DNA of 64,000 bases from the NCBI GenBank assembly GCA_965200895.1, contig CBDAVM010000002.1, forward strand, positions 741,028 to 805,027. Direction: 5' to 3'. A program made the translations under genes and the position numbers. Source of the stretch: Vicinamibacterales bacterium. GTDB taxonomy: Bacteria; Acidobacteriota; Vicinamibacteria; Vicinamibacterales; UBA8438. This document shows positions 37,354 to 46,404 of the stretch, in pieces. The notes beneath the pieces are model-generated. The model saw only the letters and a list, made by a program, of their open reading frames with translations. It made no database searches and was not told the origin of the DNA. Position 1 is the stretch's first letter; each line of letters starts with the position of its first letter.

Positions 37354-37980
37354 ATGGCGGACATGGCGGACGTTCGGGGCCTGCCCCGCACCTGGCGGGT
37401 GCCCAGGCGGCCGGCGCGCCGGGAGAGTACTCTCACGCTGTTGCTCCTGGCCGCGGCGGCCGGCGTTGCGGCCTGCACGAGCGCTCCGGCGGCGGACATG
37501 CGACCGACCGCGACGGTCGAGGAACTGATGCGGTCGATGATCGACCCGGCCGCCGACGCGGTCTGGGACGCGGTGGTCATCGAAGCCACCGCGGACGGCA
37601 TCGTGGAGACGCGGCCCGAGACCGCGGGCGACTGGATTCGCCTGCGCGGCCACGCGGTCACGCTGGCCGAGGCGTCGAACCTGCTGCAGATCGAGGGCCG
37701 CCGGATCGCAGCGCCGGAATCGCGCTCCGATCTGCCGGGGATCGACCTGCACCCGGACGCCATCCAGGAACTCGTCGCCGACGACTGGCGCGCGTGGGCG
37801 GCGTCGGCGCAGGGACTCCGCGAAACGAGCGCCGTCGTGCTCGACGCGGTGGAGGCCCGCGACGTCGACGCGCTGCTGGTGGCCGGGACCGAACTCGACC
37901 TCGCCTGCGAGGACTGCCACGCGCGTTTCTGGTACCCCGGCCACGCCGACCCGCGGCCGGCGGCGCCGGAGAACGACTGA
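37354..37980 (+). CDS. class II (cytochrome c-prime/c556-like) c-type cytochrome lipoprotein
   Basis: Lipobox AAAGVAAC. Helical protein with a single CEDCH heme motif close to the C-terminus. Confidence 0.6.
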   Translation: MADMADVRGLPRTWRVPRRPARRESTLTLLLLAAAAGVAACTSAPAADMRPTATVEELMRSMIDPAADAVWDAVVIEATADGIVETRPETAGDWIRLRGHAVTLAEASNLLQIEGRRIAAPESRSDLPGIDLHPDAIQELVADDWRAWAASAQGLRETSAVVLDAVEARDVDALLVAGTELDLACEDCHARFWYPGHADPRPAAPEND

Positions 37981-38059
37981 ACGCGGATCCCGCCCGCGCG
38001 CGCCGCCAGACAGGTGGAAGCGGCGGGACCCGGACCCCCGCCGCTCGTCAGCGACGGGG

Positions 38060-38488
38060 CTAGTCGGCGGGCTGGATGGGACCGCCGTCCGCCCGCAGGA
38101 TCTCCGCGCAGCAGATGCCGTACGTGCCGGGGGCGCGGGACGGCTGGCCGACCACGCGGATCCGATCGCCCACGCGGATGGTCTGCGGCGTCCAGCCGCG
38201 GCGGCTCATCGAGACGGCGGTGCCCATCTCGACCTCCCAATTGATCACGCCGCCGTTCCCGTCCTCACCGTCGAGGAACAGGAACGAGTGCGGGTTGCGG
38301 AAAAGAAACCGGGTGACGACACCCTCCGCCGTGACGCTCTTCGTGTTGTCATAGAACGGGGCGCTTGCATGATGCGCGTCCGCCGGCGCACCGGTCCACA
38401 CCGCCAACGCCGCGATCACCACTGCGGCCGCCGCCGTCCAGAGCAGGATTCTCACCGAACTACCCTCCTTCCGCCCGCTTCCAGCCAT
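38060..38488 (-). CDS. DUF6152-like small exported protein
   Basis: Signal/TM ILLWTAAAAVVIAALAVWTGAPADAHH, then HHASAPFYD..VTAEGVVTRFLFRNPHSFLFLD..WEVEMG. The start is uncertain. Confidence 0.6.
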   Translation of the reverse strand: MAGSGRKEGSSVRILLWTAAAAVVIAALAVWTGAPADAHHASAPFYDNTKSVTAEGVVTRFLFRNPHSFLFLDGEDGNGGVINWEVEMGTAVSMSRRGWTPQTIRVGDRIRVVGQPSRAPGTYGICCAEILRADGGPIQPAD

Positions 38489-38527
38489 CTCGTATCCTTT
38501 CGAGGCGCGCCGCATTCGAACGGCCGC

Positions 38528-39277
38528 CTACCGATACTTCGGCACCATGAACTTCACCGGCATCCGCGCGATCTCCGGATCGCAGCCGTAAGACTGCAGC
38601 TTGTAGCCCTCCGGCGCGGGCAGCCAGCGCGTAGTGTACGACGCCGGCTCGCGCAGGAAGAGCTCGTCCTCGACGGTCACCGTCGCCTTCAGCTCGTCGC
38701 CCTCGCGCCAGTAGCGCTCGGTCACCTTCTTGAGCTGCGACGAGGGGATGCCGTTGTAGTCGTCGAACCCGCTGACGTCGAAGGTGTAGTGGGTGGTGGT
38801 CACGTGCAGCGAGCCGCCCGCGTAGTGGCCCACCGAGATGCCCTGCAGGCTGTAGTCCATCGGCGTCGGCTCGCGCCCGTCGAGCCACACGGTGCGAAGC
38901 TGGTCGTCCTTCTCGTAGCGGAACAGGACGCGGTCCGGCCACTGCACGACCTCCATCATGTAGGGGTCGTACTGCAGCGCCGGCGGCGTCGACGGCACGC
39001 AGTCGTACTTCGCCGCGATCGCCTCGTCGAACACCGCCTGGTAGGCAAGGCCGCGCTCGTTCAGCACGGGGAAGTTCTCGCCCGGCACCCAGGGCATGTT
39101 CGGACCGTTCACCGGGCGCACCCGGGCGCCGCCGTCCCAGACACCCGACAGCTCCGGGATCTCCGCCGCCCCGTCCTGCGCCTGCAACGGCGCGCCGATC
39201 ATGCCCCACGCCAGCGCCGCGCACGCGGCCAGCGCGGCCACGCGCCCCATCGACTTCCCGTTGATCTTCTGCGTCAT
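38528..39277 (-). CDS. secreted hypothetical protein (same family as the pseudogene at 10803..11690)
   Basis: ATG at 39277 and signal GRVAALAACAALAWGMIGAPLQAQ. SVGHYAGGSLHVTTTHYTFD...VTERYW parallels GDSRGHWEGDTLVVDTTHFNG...VVERYT. Confidence 0.65.
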   Translation of the reverse strand: MTQKINGKSMGRVAALAACAALAWGMIGAPLQAQDGAAEIPELSGVWDGGARVRPVNGPNMPWVPGENFPVLNERGLAYQAVFDEAIAAKYDCVPSTPPALQYDPYMMEVVQWPDRVLFRYEKDDQLRTVWLDGREPTPMDYSLQGISVGHYAGGSLHVTTTHYTFDVSGFDDYNGIPSSQLKKVTERYWREGDELKATVTVEDELFLREPASYTTRWLPAPEGYKLQSYGCDPEIARMPVKFMVPKYR

Positions 39278-39339
39278 GGTCCTGCCTCTCGTCTTCGGAG
39301 ACGGCGCGGCACGCGACCCGCGCCCGGCTACGGGCGATT

Positions 39340-40563
39340 CTACACCCGTTCCGGCAACCGCAGGCCGGCGTCGGCATCCCGGACGCCTGCGCGCGGCGGA
39401 ACCGCCTGCGTGGCCCGGGTCCTGCGCCCTCCCGGTCCGGCGCCGTGGCGGCCCGCGGGCGAGCGGCCGGGCGCGGAGTCGAGCGCCTCCAGCTCGCGGC
39501 CCAGGCATTCGGCGAGCGCCCGCATGCCGAAGCGTCCCGCTTCCGCCTCCGCCCGGCTGTTGTAGTTGGTGTTGGTGTTGACGTCGTAGGTCCAGGCGAC
39601 GCCGGCCCGGTCGACGATGAACTCGATGCCGGCGACGTGGATCCGGTTGGCGGCCAGGAACCGCTCGTAGCGGGCGACGAGCTCAGGGTCGACGCCGTCG
39701 ACGATACGGAAGCGGGGTCCCGTCGATACGGGCGCCGTCCCGGGCGGCTCCGATCCCGAAGGCCTGGATCTGCTCGCCCCCGCCACTCGGGACTCCGACC
39801 CCGAAGGCTCGGGGCGCCCCGTCCCCGATCCGGGCGCCTCCGACCCGGAAGACTCCGATCCTGTCGCCCCCGATCCTGAAGGCTCCGGTCCCGCCGGACA
39901 GAACGCGTCGTCCACCAGGCAGGCGTCGGCCGGGCAGAGCTCGAAACCCTGGCTCGTATCGACCCGCACGGCGTAGAAGTAGCGCCCGCCGATGAACTCG
40001 ACGCGCGTGATGTACGGCTCGGGCGCCTCGATGTACTGCTGGATGAGGGTGATGCCGTCGACCGCAGGCTCGAACGCGTCGCTGTCGACGTAGCGCGCCA
40101 GCCCCTCCCGGTCACGGAACAGCCGGACCCCGAGCCCCTTGCCGGCGCGGTTGTGCTTGGTGATGAACGGCGGCTCGAACTCGCCCGCCGCCTCCACGAT
40201 CCGCTCGCGGCCGACCGCCGCCACGGTGGCCGGCGTGCGGATGCCGCAGGCTTCGAGCGCGGCGTACTGCGCCACCTTGCTCACCTCGAGCTGCAGGGCG
40301 CGGCCCGAGTTCAGCACGCGCCGGTCGTGCCGCTCCAGCCAGGCGAGCACGGCCGCGGCGTACTCCGGCCCGTAGCGGTGGCCGCGGGTGTGCGACGATG
40401 CGCTCATCCGGTTGTAGAAGACGCCGGCCGGCGGCGGCTCCCGCAGGTCGAGCACCCCGGTGTCGAGGAACCACTCGGTGTACGGCAGCCGGAGTTCGTC
40501 GAACGCGGCGCGCAGCGGCTCGACCCAGGCGTCGTTCTCGTGCAGGACGTGGATGCGGCTCAT
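39340..40563 (-). CDS. ATP-grasp-fold protein (RimK/glutathione-synthetase-like) with a low-complexity Pro/Ser/Gly/Glu insertion
   Basis: ATG at 40563. PFITKHNRAGKGLGVRLF, ITLIQQYIE, VAGIEFIVD. The about 55-aa insert is PEPSGSGATGSESSGSEAPGSGTGRPEPSGSES... Confidence 0.7.
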   Translation of the reverse strand: MSRIHVLHENDAWVEPLRAAFDELRLPYTEWFLDTGVLDLREPPPAGVFYNRMSASSHTRGHRYGPEYAAAVLAWLERHDRRVLNSGRALQLEVSKVAQYAALEACGIRTPATVAAVGRERIVEAAGEFEPPFITKHNRAGKGLGVRLFRDREGLARYVDSDAFEPAVDGITLIQQYIEAPEPYITRVEFIGGRYFYAVRVDTSQGFELCPADACLVDDAFCPAGPEPSGSGATGSESSGSEAPGSGTGRPEPSGSESRVAGASRSRPSGSEPPGTAPVSTGPRFRIVDGVDPELVARYERFLAANRIHVAGIEFIVDRAGVAWTYDVNTNTNYNSRAEAEAGRFGMRALAECLGRELEALDSAPGRSPAGRHGAGPGGRRTRATQAVPPRAGVRDADAGLRLPERV

Positions 40564-40806
40564 GAGTTCAACAGCCCGTGGCGACAGCCCCCGCGGCATT
40601 TCGAGCGACGATCCCGCCTGGACTGCGTTGTTCGTGGGTCACAGATGCCCGATTTGCGCCCTCCTCACGCCTTGTCAGGCGGGCGCCTCGCCACTCCCGG
40701 TGCTCGCGAGGATTCCACCACGGACTGCCAACGCAGCCTGCCCGGAACCCATGCCGGGTCGGCAATCATCGCGACACGCGTCCACCTCGCTGTCCCGGCC
40801 CGGCGC

Positions 40807-42537
40807 TCAATCCTGCTTCGGCAGCGCGAAGCTCAGGATGAGATCGCCGCCGCGCCGGCCCCGGTCGCCGCCGCCCGACGCCACGGTGACGAACTGCTCG
40901 CCGTTGACCATGTAGACCGCCGGCGACGAGAAGACCCCGGCCCCGGTATTGAAGCGCCACAGCTCCTCGCCGGTCCGCGCGTCGAAGGCGAAGAAGTAGC
41001 CGGCGATGTTGCTGCCGGTGCCGACGAAGACCACGCCGCCCGAGGTCACGACCGGGCCGGCCTGTCCGTAGCCCTCGCGGATCTGCCGCCAGACGAGCTC
41101 GCCGGTGGTCGGGTCGTAGGCCGAGAAGAACATGCGCGGCCCGCGGCCGGCGTCGAACGGGCGGTCGATGGCGTTCACATACAGCAGGCCGCTGTCGGGG
41201 CTGTAGGCCATCGGTCCGTAGCTGGCCCCGCCGCCGAAGCCGGGCGCGAAGATCTGGTTGGGCGCGATCGGTGTGAAGATCGGCACCAGCGTCTTCCCCT
41301 CCGCGTGCTCCGGCGGGATCAGCTCGGGGAAGATCGGCGAGACCGGCTCCATCCGCTCGCCGTCCGCCTTGTGCGGGATGGGCTGCGTCGGCCACGGCTC
41401 CTCGCCCTCGCGGTCGGTCTCGGTGGGCACCGGCGTCTCGATGATCGAGTGGATCGGCGCCCCCGTCTCCCGGTTCAGCAGGTAGAGGAAGCCGTTCTTG
41501 TTGGCCTGTCCGAGCGCGCGCACCGGCTCGCCGTCCACCTCCATGTCGAAGAGGATCGGCTGGCTGCCGTTGTCGTAGTCCCAGACGTCGTGGTGGACAA
41601 GCTGGTAGTACCAGCGCAACTGGCCGTTCTCGATGTCGAGCGCGAGGACCGAATCGGTGAACAGGTTCATGCCGTCCCGCCGGGTGCTGTCGCCGAACGG
41701 ATTGCCGACCGCGACGTACAGCAGGCCGAGCTCGGGGTCGAGCGACGGCGTCTCCCAGATGCCGCCGCCGTTGCGGACGCCGCCCACCCAGGTCGGCCCG
41801 GCGATGTCCCAGCCCTGATCGTTCTCGTCCTGCGGGATCGTGTTGAAGTGCCAGATCACCTCTCCGGTCGCCGCATCCACCGCCAGCACGTGCCCGCCCG
41901 GAATCAGGCTCTCGCTGCGCGTCGATCCGATGTAGAGCACGCCCTCGTGGATCTGCGGCGCGGTCGTGAACCAGTAGCCCATCGAGATGGCGGTCTCCAC
42001 GTCCGGATAGCGGAGTCGCAACACGTCCAGGATGACGCTGGCCTGCCCGTTGTCGCCGAAGGTCTCGATCGGCTGGCCGGTCTCGGCGTCGAGCGCGAAG
42101 ATGAACGAGCCGGCGGCGCTGTATACCACGCCGTTCTCGTAGGTAACGCCGCGGTGGCGGAAGATGTAGCCCTCGCGCCGCCCCCCGCCGAGCAGATCCG
42201 TCACGTCGTAGGTCCACAGATGATGCCCGTCGTAGGCGTCGACCGCGTAGACGCTGCCCCGCGAGTCGGTGAGGTACATGACCCCGTCGACGACTACCGG
42301 CGTGGTCTGGTTGCTCACCCCGTCGATGACGCCGTGCTGGAAGAGCCAGCGCGGGGTCAGCCGGTGGGCGTTCTCCGGCGTGATCCGGTCGATCTCCGCG
42401 TAGCGGCTGCCGTGAAGATCGAGGTTGTGCAGGCGCCAGTCGACGTTCTGGGCCGCCGCCGGGGCCGCGAGAACCACCGCCACAATCGGGCCCCAGGACG
42501 CCACCCGCAGAACCGCCCGTGCGCGCATCAAGTTCAT
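40807..42537 (-). CDS. PQQ-dependent dehydrogenase (second copy; Asp-Tyr-Asp metal site, no vicinal Cys-Cys)
   Basis: ATG at 42537 gives MNLMRARAVLRVASWGPIVAVVLAAPAAAQ. HHDVWDYDNGSQPILFD, NKNGFLYLLNRETG, propeller blade repeats to the C-terminus. Confidence 0.85.
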   Translation of the reverse strand: MNLMRARAVLRVASWGPIVAVVLAAPAAAQNVDWRLHNLDLHGSRYAEIDRITPENAHRLTPRWLFQHGVIDGVSNQTTPVVVDGVMYLTDSRGSVYAVDAYDGHHLWTYDVTDLLGGGRREGYIFRHRGVTYENGVVYSAAGSFIFALDAETGQPIETFGDNGQASVILDVLRLRYPDVETAISMGYWFTTAPQIHEGVLYIGSTRSESLIPGGHVLAVDAATGEVIWHFNTIPQDENDQGWDIAGPTWVGGVRNGGGIWETPSLDPELGLLYVAVGNPFGDSTRRDGMNLFTDSVLALDIENGQLRWYYQLVHHDVWDYDNGSQPILFDMEVDGEPVRALGQANKNGFLYLLNRETGAPIHSIIETPVPTETDREGEEPWPTQPIPHKADGERMEPVSPIFPELIPPEHAEGKTLVPIFTPIAPNQIFAPGFGGGASYGPMAYSPDSGLLYVNAIDRPFDAGRGPRMFFSAYDPTTGELVWRQIREGYGQAGPVVTSGGVVFVGTGSNIAGYFFAFDARTGEELWRFNTGAGVFSSPAVYMVNGEQFVTVASGGGDRGRRGGDLILSFALPKQD

Positions 42538-42683
42538 TGCGTAAGCCTCCCGGATTGCGTAAGCCTCCCGGAGAGAGCATAACAGCCCGCAGCAAGAAGC
42601 CCGGTGACGTTTCGGACGGCGATGATCCCGGTGTGACACGGACGCCCCAACGGAAGCTACAATTGATGCTACGATCAAGGGTC

Positions 42684-42986
42684 ATGGCCATCAACATCGC
42701 ACATCGTCGCGATCTCGACGAGCGCGTCGAACGCCTGGCCGACCGGCTCGACCTGCGCGGGCGCGGCCGCAAGACCGCCGTCATCGAACGGGCGTTACAC
42801 GCGCTGGAGGAGAAGGTCGAGCAGGCCCGGCCGGATCGGAACGCCATCCTGGCTGCGCTCGACCGTCTCACCCAGGCCGGCGATCGGTACCGCGAGCGGC
42901 ATCGCAGGCTGCGAGAGGGAGAGTGCGGGCCGCTGTCGCGGGTCTGGCAGGAAGAACTCTACGACGAACATGGGTTGCCGAGATGA
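42684..42986 (+). CDS. vapB: VapB-type antitoxin
   Basis: MAINIAHRRDLDERVERLADRLDL..KTAVIERAL. The stop overlaps the vapC ATG (ATGA). Confidence 0.75.
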   Translation: MAINIAHRRDLDERVERLADRLDLRGRGRKTAVIERALHALEEKVEQARPDRNAILAALDRLTQAGDRYRERHRRLREGECGPLSRVWQEELYDEHGLPR

Positions 42987-43396
42987 TCGTGGTCGATACG
43001 TCCGCCATCTGCGCCATCCTCCTGCGAGAGCCCGAGCAACCGGTGTTCCGACTGGCAATCGCCGATGCCGGCCGCGCGTTGATCTCCGCCGTCTCGATGG
43101 TGGAACTGGCAGCCGTGACGGGGCGGGACGACGCACTGTTCCAAGCGGCCGGCGCGTTCCTGCGCCAACCCTTCGTGGTGGTCGAGTCGGTCGACGTGGC
43201 GCAGGCAGCCATCGCGGTGGCCGCGTACCGACGCTTCGGCAGGGGGCGCCATGCCGCCGGCCTCAATCTCGGGGACGTCTTCTCGTATGCGCTGGCCCGG
43301 CAGCGCGGCCTGCCCCTGCTGTTCAAGGGCAGCGATTTCTCGCGAACCGACATCCGCAGCGCCATCCAGCAGCCCGTCATGGATTCCTCGTGGTGA
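42983..43396 (+). CDS. vapC: PIN-domain ribonuclease toxin VapC
   Basis: MIVVDTSAICAILLREPE (first acidic residue), SMVELAAV, and GDVFSYALA..LLFKGSDF typical of VapC. Confidence 0.85.
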   Translation: MIVVDTSAICAILLREPEQPVFRLAIADAGRALISAVSMVELAAVTGRDDALFQAAGAFLRQPFVVVESVDVAQAAIAVAAYRRFGRGRHAAGLNLGDVFSYALARQRGLPLLFKGSDFSRTDIRSAIQQPVMDSSW

Positions 43397-43534
43397 CCAC
43401 CGGCATCGGTCGTCATGGACTCTCGTGCGACCGCCGGCACGGGTCATGGTGGAACCCGTGCGAACATCGAGAGCGGCGCAGCGGCCGGGCAGGACGCGAC
43501 GGAGCATCGGGGACGGTGGGAAGGAGTGACGAAC

Positions 43535-44707
43535 ATGTCCGACATCAAAAGGCGGCGATTTCTGACGCTCGGCGCGCTCGGCGTGGGGTTCGGCGCGGTG
43601 GCAACCGCCCCGTATTCGGCGTTTGCACGGACGGCATCGGGTGCGGCGGGCGCGGTGGTGGCCGCAGACCGCAGCGTCCGCATGAGCGGCGACGGGCTGG
43701 GTCTGACGCCGGAGGAGACGGCGCGGCTGTGGACCGCGCTGGCTGATGGCGGCGGCATCCGGCGCGACTCCTACTCCAACGGCGGGGCGGTCGAGCGGCT
43801 CGAAAATGCCTTCGCCGAGCTGCTCGGCAAGGAGCGGGCGGTCTTCCTGCCGACCGGCACGCTGGCCAACCACCTCGCGGTGCGAGCGCTCGCCGGCGGG
43901 ACGGGGCGCGCCATCGTGCAGGCCGACAGCCACCTGTACAACGACTCGGGCGACTGCGTGCAGACGCTCAGCGGCATCACGCTCATCCCGCTCGGCGCCG
44001 GCCGCCCCGGTTTCACGCTCGACGAGGTGGAGGCGACCCTCGACCGCACCGCGAGCGGGCGGGTGCGCACGCCGGTCCGGGTCATCTCGATCGAGACGCC
44101 GGTCCGCCGTCACTTCGGCGCCACGTTCGACCGGCGCGAGCTCGACCGCATCGCCGCCCTGGCGCGGCGCGAGGGGATCGGTCTCCATCTCGACGGGGCG
44201 CGCATCTTTCTGCAGGCGGCCTGCGAGGGCCGCGATATCGCCGACTACACCGCGCCCTTCGACACCGTGTACGTGTCGCTCTACAAGTACTTCAACGCGC
44301 CTTCCGGCGCGATTCTCGCCGGCCCGCGCGCCCTGCTCGACGGCATGTACCACACCCGGCGCATGTTCGGAGCGGGCCTGCCGGCGGCGTGGCCTTTCGC
44401 CGTGATCGCGCACCACCACCTGCCAGGCTTCGTCGAGCGCTTCCGGCAGGCCGTCAACGTGGCCGCGTCGTGGGCCGCCGGGATCGCTCGCCACGACGCG
44501 TTCTCGGTCGAGCGGATTCCGACCGGCACCAACCTGTCCTGGCTGCGGGTGATGACCGGCGACGTCGACGGGTTCCGGCGGCGGCTGCAGATCCGGGGCG
44601 TGCACCTGGCCGCGCCGCGCGAGGGCCGCGTCCTCGTCGGGATCAACGAGACCTGGAACCGGCGGCCGGCCGACGAACTGGCAGCGGCGTTCATCGAGTC
44701 GCTGTGA
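43535..44707 (+). CDS. threonine-aldolase / beta-eliminating-lyase-family PLP enzyme with a Tat signal
   Basis: GGGAAGGAG RBS. MSDIKRRRFLTLGALGVGFG twin-Arg signal. FLPTGTLANHLA, HLDGARIF, SLYKYFNAP (PLP Lys). Confidence 0.7.
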   Translation: MSDIKRRRFLTLGALGVGFGAVATAPYSAFARTASGAAGAVVAADRSVRMSGDGLGLTPEETARLWTALADGGGIRRDSYSNGGAVERLENAFAELLGKERAVFLPTGTLANHLAVRALAGGTGRAIVQADSHLYNDSGDCVQTLSGITLIPLGAGRPGFTLDEVEATLDRTASGRVRTPVRVISIETPVRRHFGATFDRRELDRIAALARREGIGLHLDGARIFLQAACEGRDIADYTAPFDTVYVSLYKYFNAPSGAILAGPRALLDGMYHTRRMFGAGLPAAWPFAVIAHHHLPGFVERFRQAVNVAASWAAGIARHDAFSVERIPTGTNLSWLRVMTGDVDGFRRRLQIRGVHLAAPREGRVLVGINETWNRRPADELAAAFIESL

Positions 44708-44809
44708 TGCGCCGGAAGCGCGGACACGACGGCACGGCACCGGAGCAGCACATACCGCTGCCGGGGACCGACGGTCGGCCCGCGGCGCCCCGGTGCGCGG
44801 CAGCGGGAA

Positions 44810-45181
44810 TCAGGACGCGCGCAGGGCGACGACGGCCAGCAGCGCCCAACCGACGATCATGCACAGGCCGCCGATGGGCGTGATGGCGCCCAGCCAGCGG
44901 ATGCCGCTGATCGAGAGCAGGTAGAGGCTGCCCGAGAAGATCAGGATGCCGGCCACGAAGAGCCAGCCGGCCGCGCCGACGAGCGGGCCCGACCAGCGCG
45001 ACGCGGCCCAGGCGACCGCGAACAGCCCCAACGCGTGGATGAAGTGGTAGCGGACGCCGGTCTCGAACACGGCCAGCATCTCCGGCGTCAGCCGCTCGCG
45101 CAGTCCGTGCGCGCCGAATGCGCCCAGCACGACGCCGAGTCCGCACAGCACCGCCGCCGCCGCGAACCAGTTTGCTGCCAT
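44810..45181 (-). CDS. DUF423-family membrane protein
   Basis: ATG at 45181. GAFGAHGL, YHFIHALGL, FSGSLYLL; four TM spans. Confidence 0.8.
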   Translation of the reverse strand: MAANWFAAAAVLCGLGVVLGAFGAHGLRERLTPEMLAVFETGVRYHFIHALGLFAVAWAASRWSGPLVGAAGWLFVAGILIFSGSLYLLSISGIRWLGAITPIGGLCMIVGWALLAVVALRAS

Positions 45182-45200
45182 CGCTCTGTATGATACAGCG

Positions 45201-46349
45201 GTGCCACCGGATTGGACGGCGTTCACCGAATTCCTGGATGCGCAGCTCGTCGAGTTGCTGGAGACCGACTTCGCGCAGGTGCGCTACGGTGACGCCGGCA
45301 CGGCCACCCTGGCCGCCCTGCTCGTAACGGCAGCGGCGCTGTTCACCGCCGGGCGCCTCGTCCTGCTGCGCCGGCGCCACGCCCGGCAGCATTCCGGGCA
45401 CGACGTTCCGCGCCGCTACCGGCGCGGCGTCTTCGGCCGCACCTGCTGCGCGCTCCCCAAGGTCATCCTGGGTCTGGCAATCGCCACGGGTCTGCTGGCC
45501 CTTTCCGACCCCTTCCTGACGTCCACCGAACAGATCACCGGCAACGTCGAGTCGCGCGTGCGGATCGATCTCGTCGACACGTCGCTCTCGATGGCCTGGG
45601 AGTTCAACAACACCGAGCGCTCGCGCGCCGAGGTGGCCCGCGAGGCCCACCTCGAGTTCCTGCGGATGCGGCAGGACAAGAACGACCGCGTATCGCTGTG
45701 GCTGTTCTCGTCGTATCCCTACATGGTCGACGACTTCGTGCTCGACGACGAGCTGTACTACTTCCAGGTGCTCGACGCGCCGTGGGTCACCGTCAAGATT
45801 CTCGCCACCGAGCCGGGCACGCGGCGCGACCGCTACTTCGTGCCGGAGGACAAGGTCCGGATCATCGAATCGGAGGGAACGACCAACATCACCGGGGCTC
45901 TGCAGTCCATCGTCAGGCACTTCGACATCGACGCATCGGTGGTCAACCGCGGGGCGAACCGCAACCGCGCGCTGCTCATCATCACCGACGCCGATGTGGA
46001 CGAGATTCCGGAGGCGGAGCTCGGGGCGCTGGCGGCGCGCAACGTGGTGCCCTACGTCATCTACATCAACACGGACCGGGGGCGCACGACGCTGCCCGGG
46101 GTGGAGCAGCCGTCGCTGATCGAGAGCATCCGCGAGTACGGCGGCGACTATTTCGACGTATCGACCGAGGACGGGTTGCAACAGGCGTACCGGGCGATCG
46201 ACGAGCGCGAGACGGTGGCGGTCCCGCTGAGCCACCGCGCGCTGAAGGTGCCCATCTATTCGCGCTTCCTGCTGGTCAGTCTGGCGCTGCTCGTGGTCGG
46301 CATCCCGGCCGGGTTCCTCGCCGAGCTAGTCTGGGGCATCCACCCGTAG
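45201..46349 (+). CDS. membrane-anchored von Willebrand factor type A (VWA) domain protein (BatA-like)
   Basis: GTG start, two N-terminal TM spans, MIDAS DTSLS, LLIITDAD, C-terminal TM. Confidence 0.7.
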   Translation: MPPDWTAFTEFLDAQLVELLETDFAQVRYGDAGTATLAALLVTAAALFTAGRLVLLRRRHARQHSGHDVPRRYRRGVFGRTCCALPKVILGLAIATGLLALSDPFLTSTEQITGNVESRVRIDLVDTSLSMAWEFNNTERSRAEVAREAHLEFLRMRQDKNDRVSLWLFSSYPYMVDDFVLDDELYYFQVLDAPWVTVKILATEPGTRRDRYFVPEDKVRIIESEGTTNITGALQSIVRHFDIDASVVNRGANRNRALLIITDADVDEIPEAELGALAARNVVPYVIYINTDRGRTTLPGVEQPSLIESIREYGGDYFDVSTEDGLQQAYRAIDERETVAVPLSHRALKVPIYSRFLLVSLALLVVGIPAGFLAELVWGIHP

Positions 46350-46404
46350 GGAAAGCGGCTCGCTGATCGGCTACTCCACGCACCGCAACCCGGATTTCGG
46401 CTCG

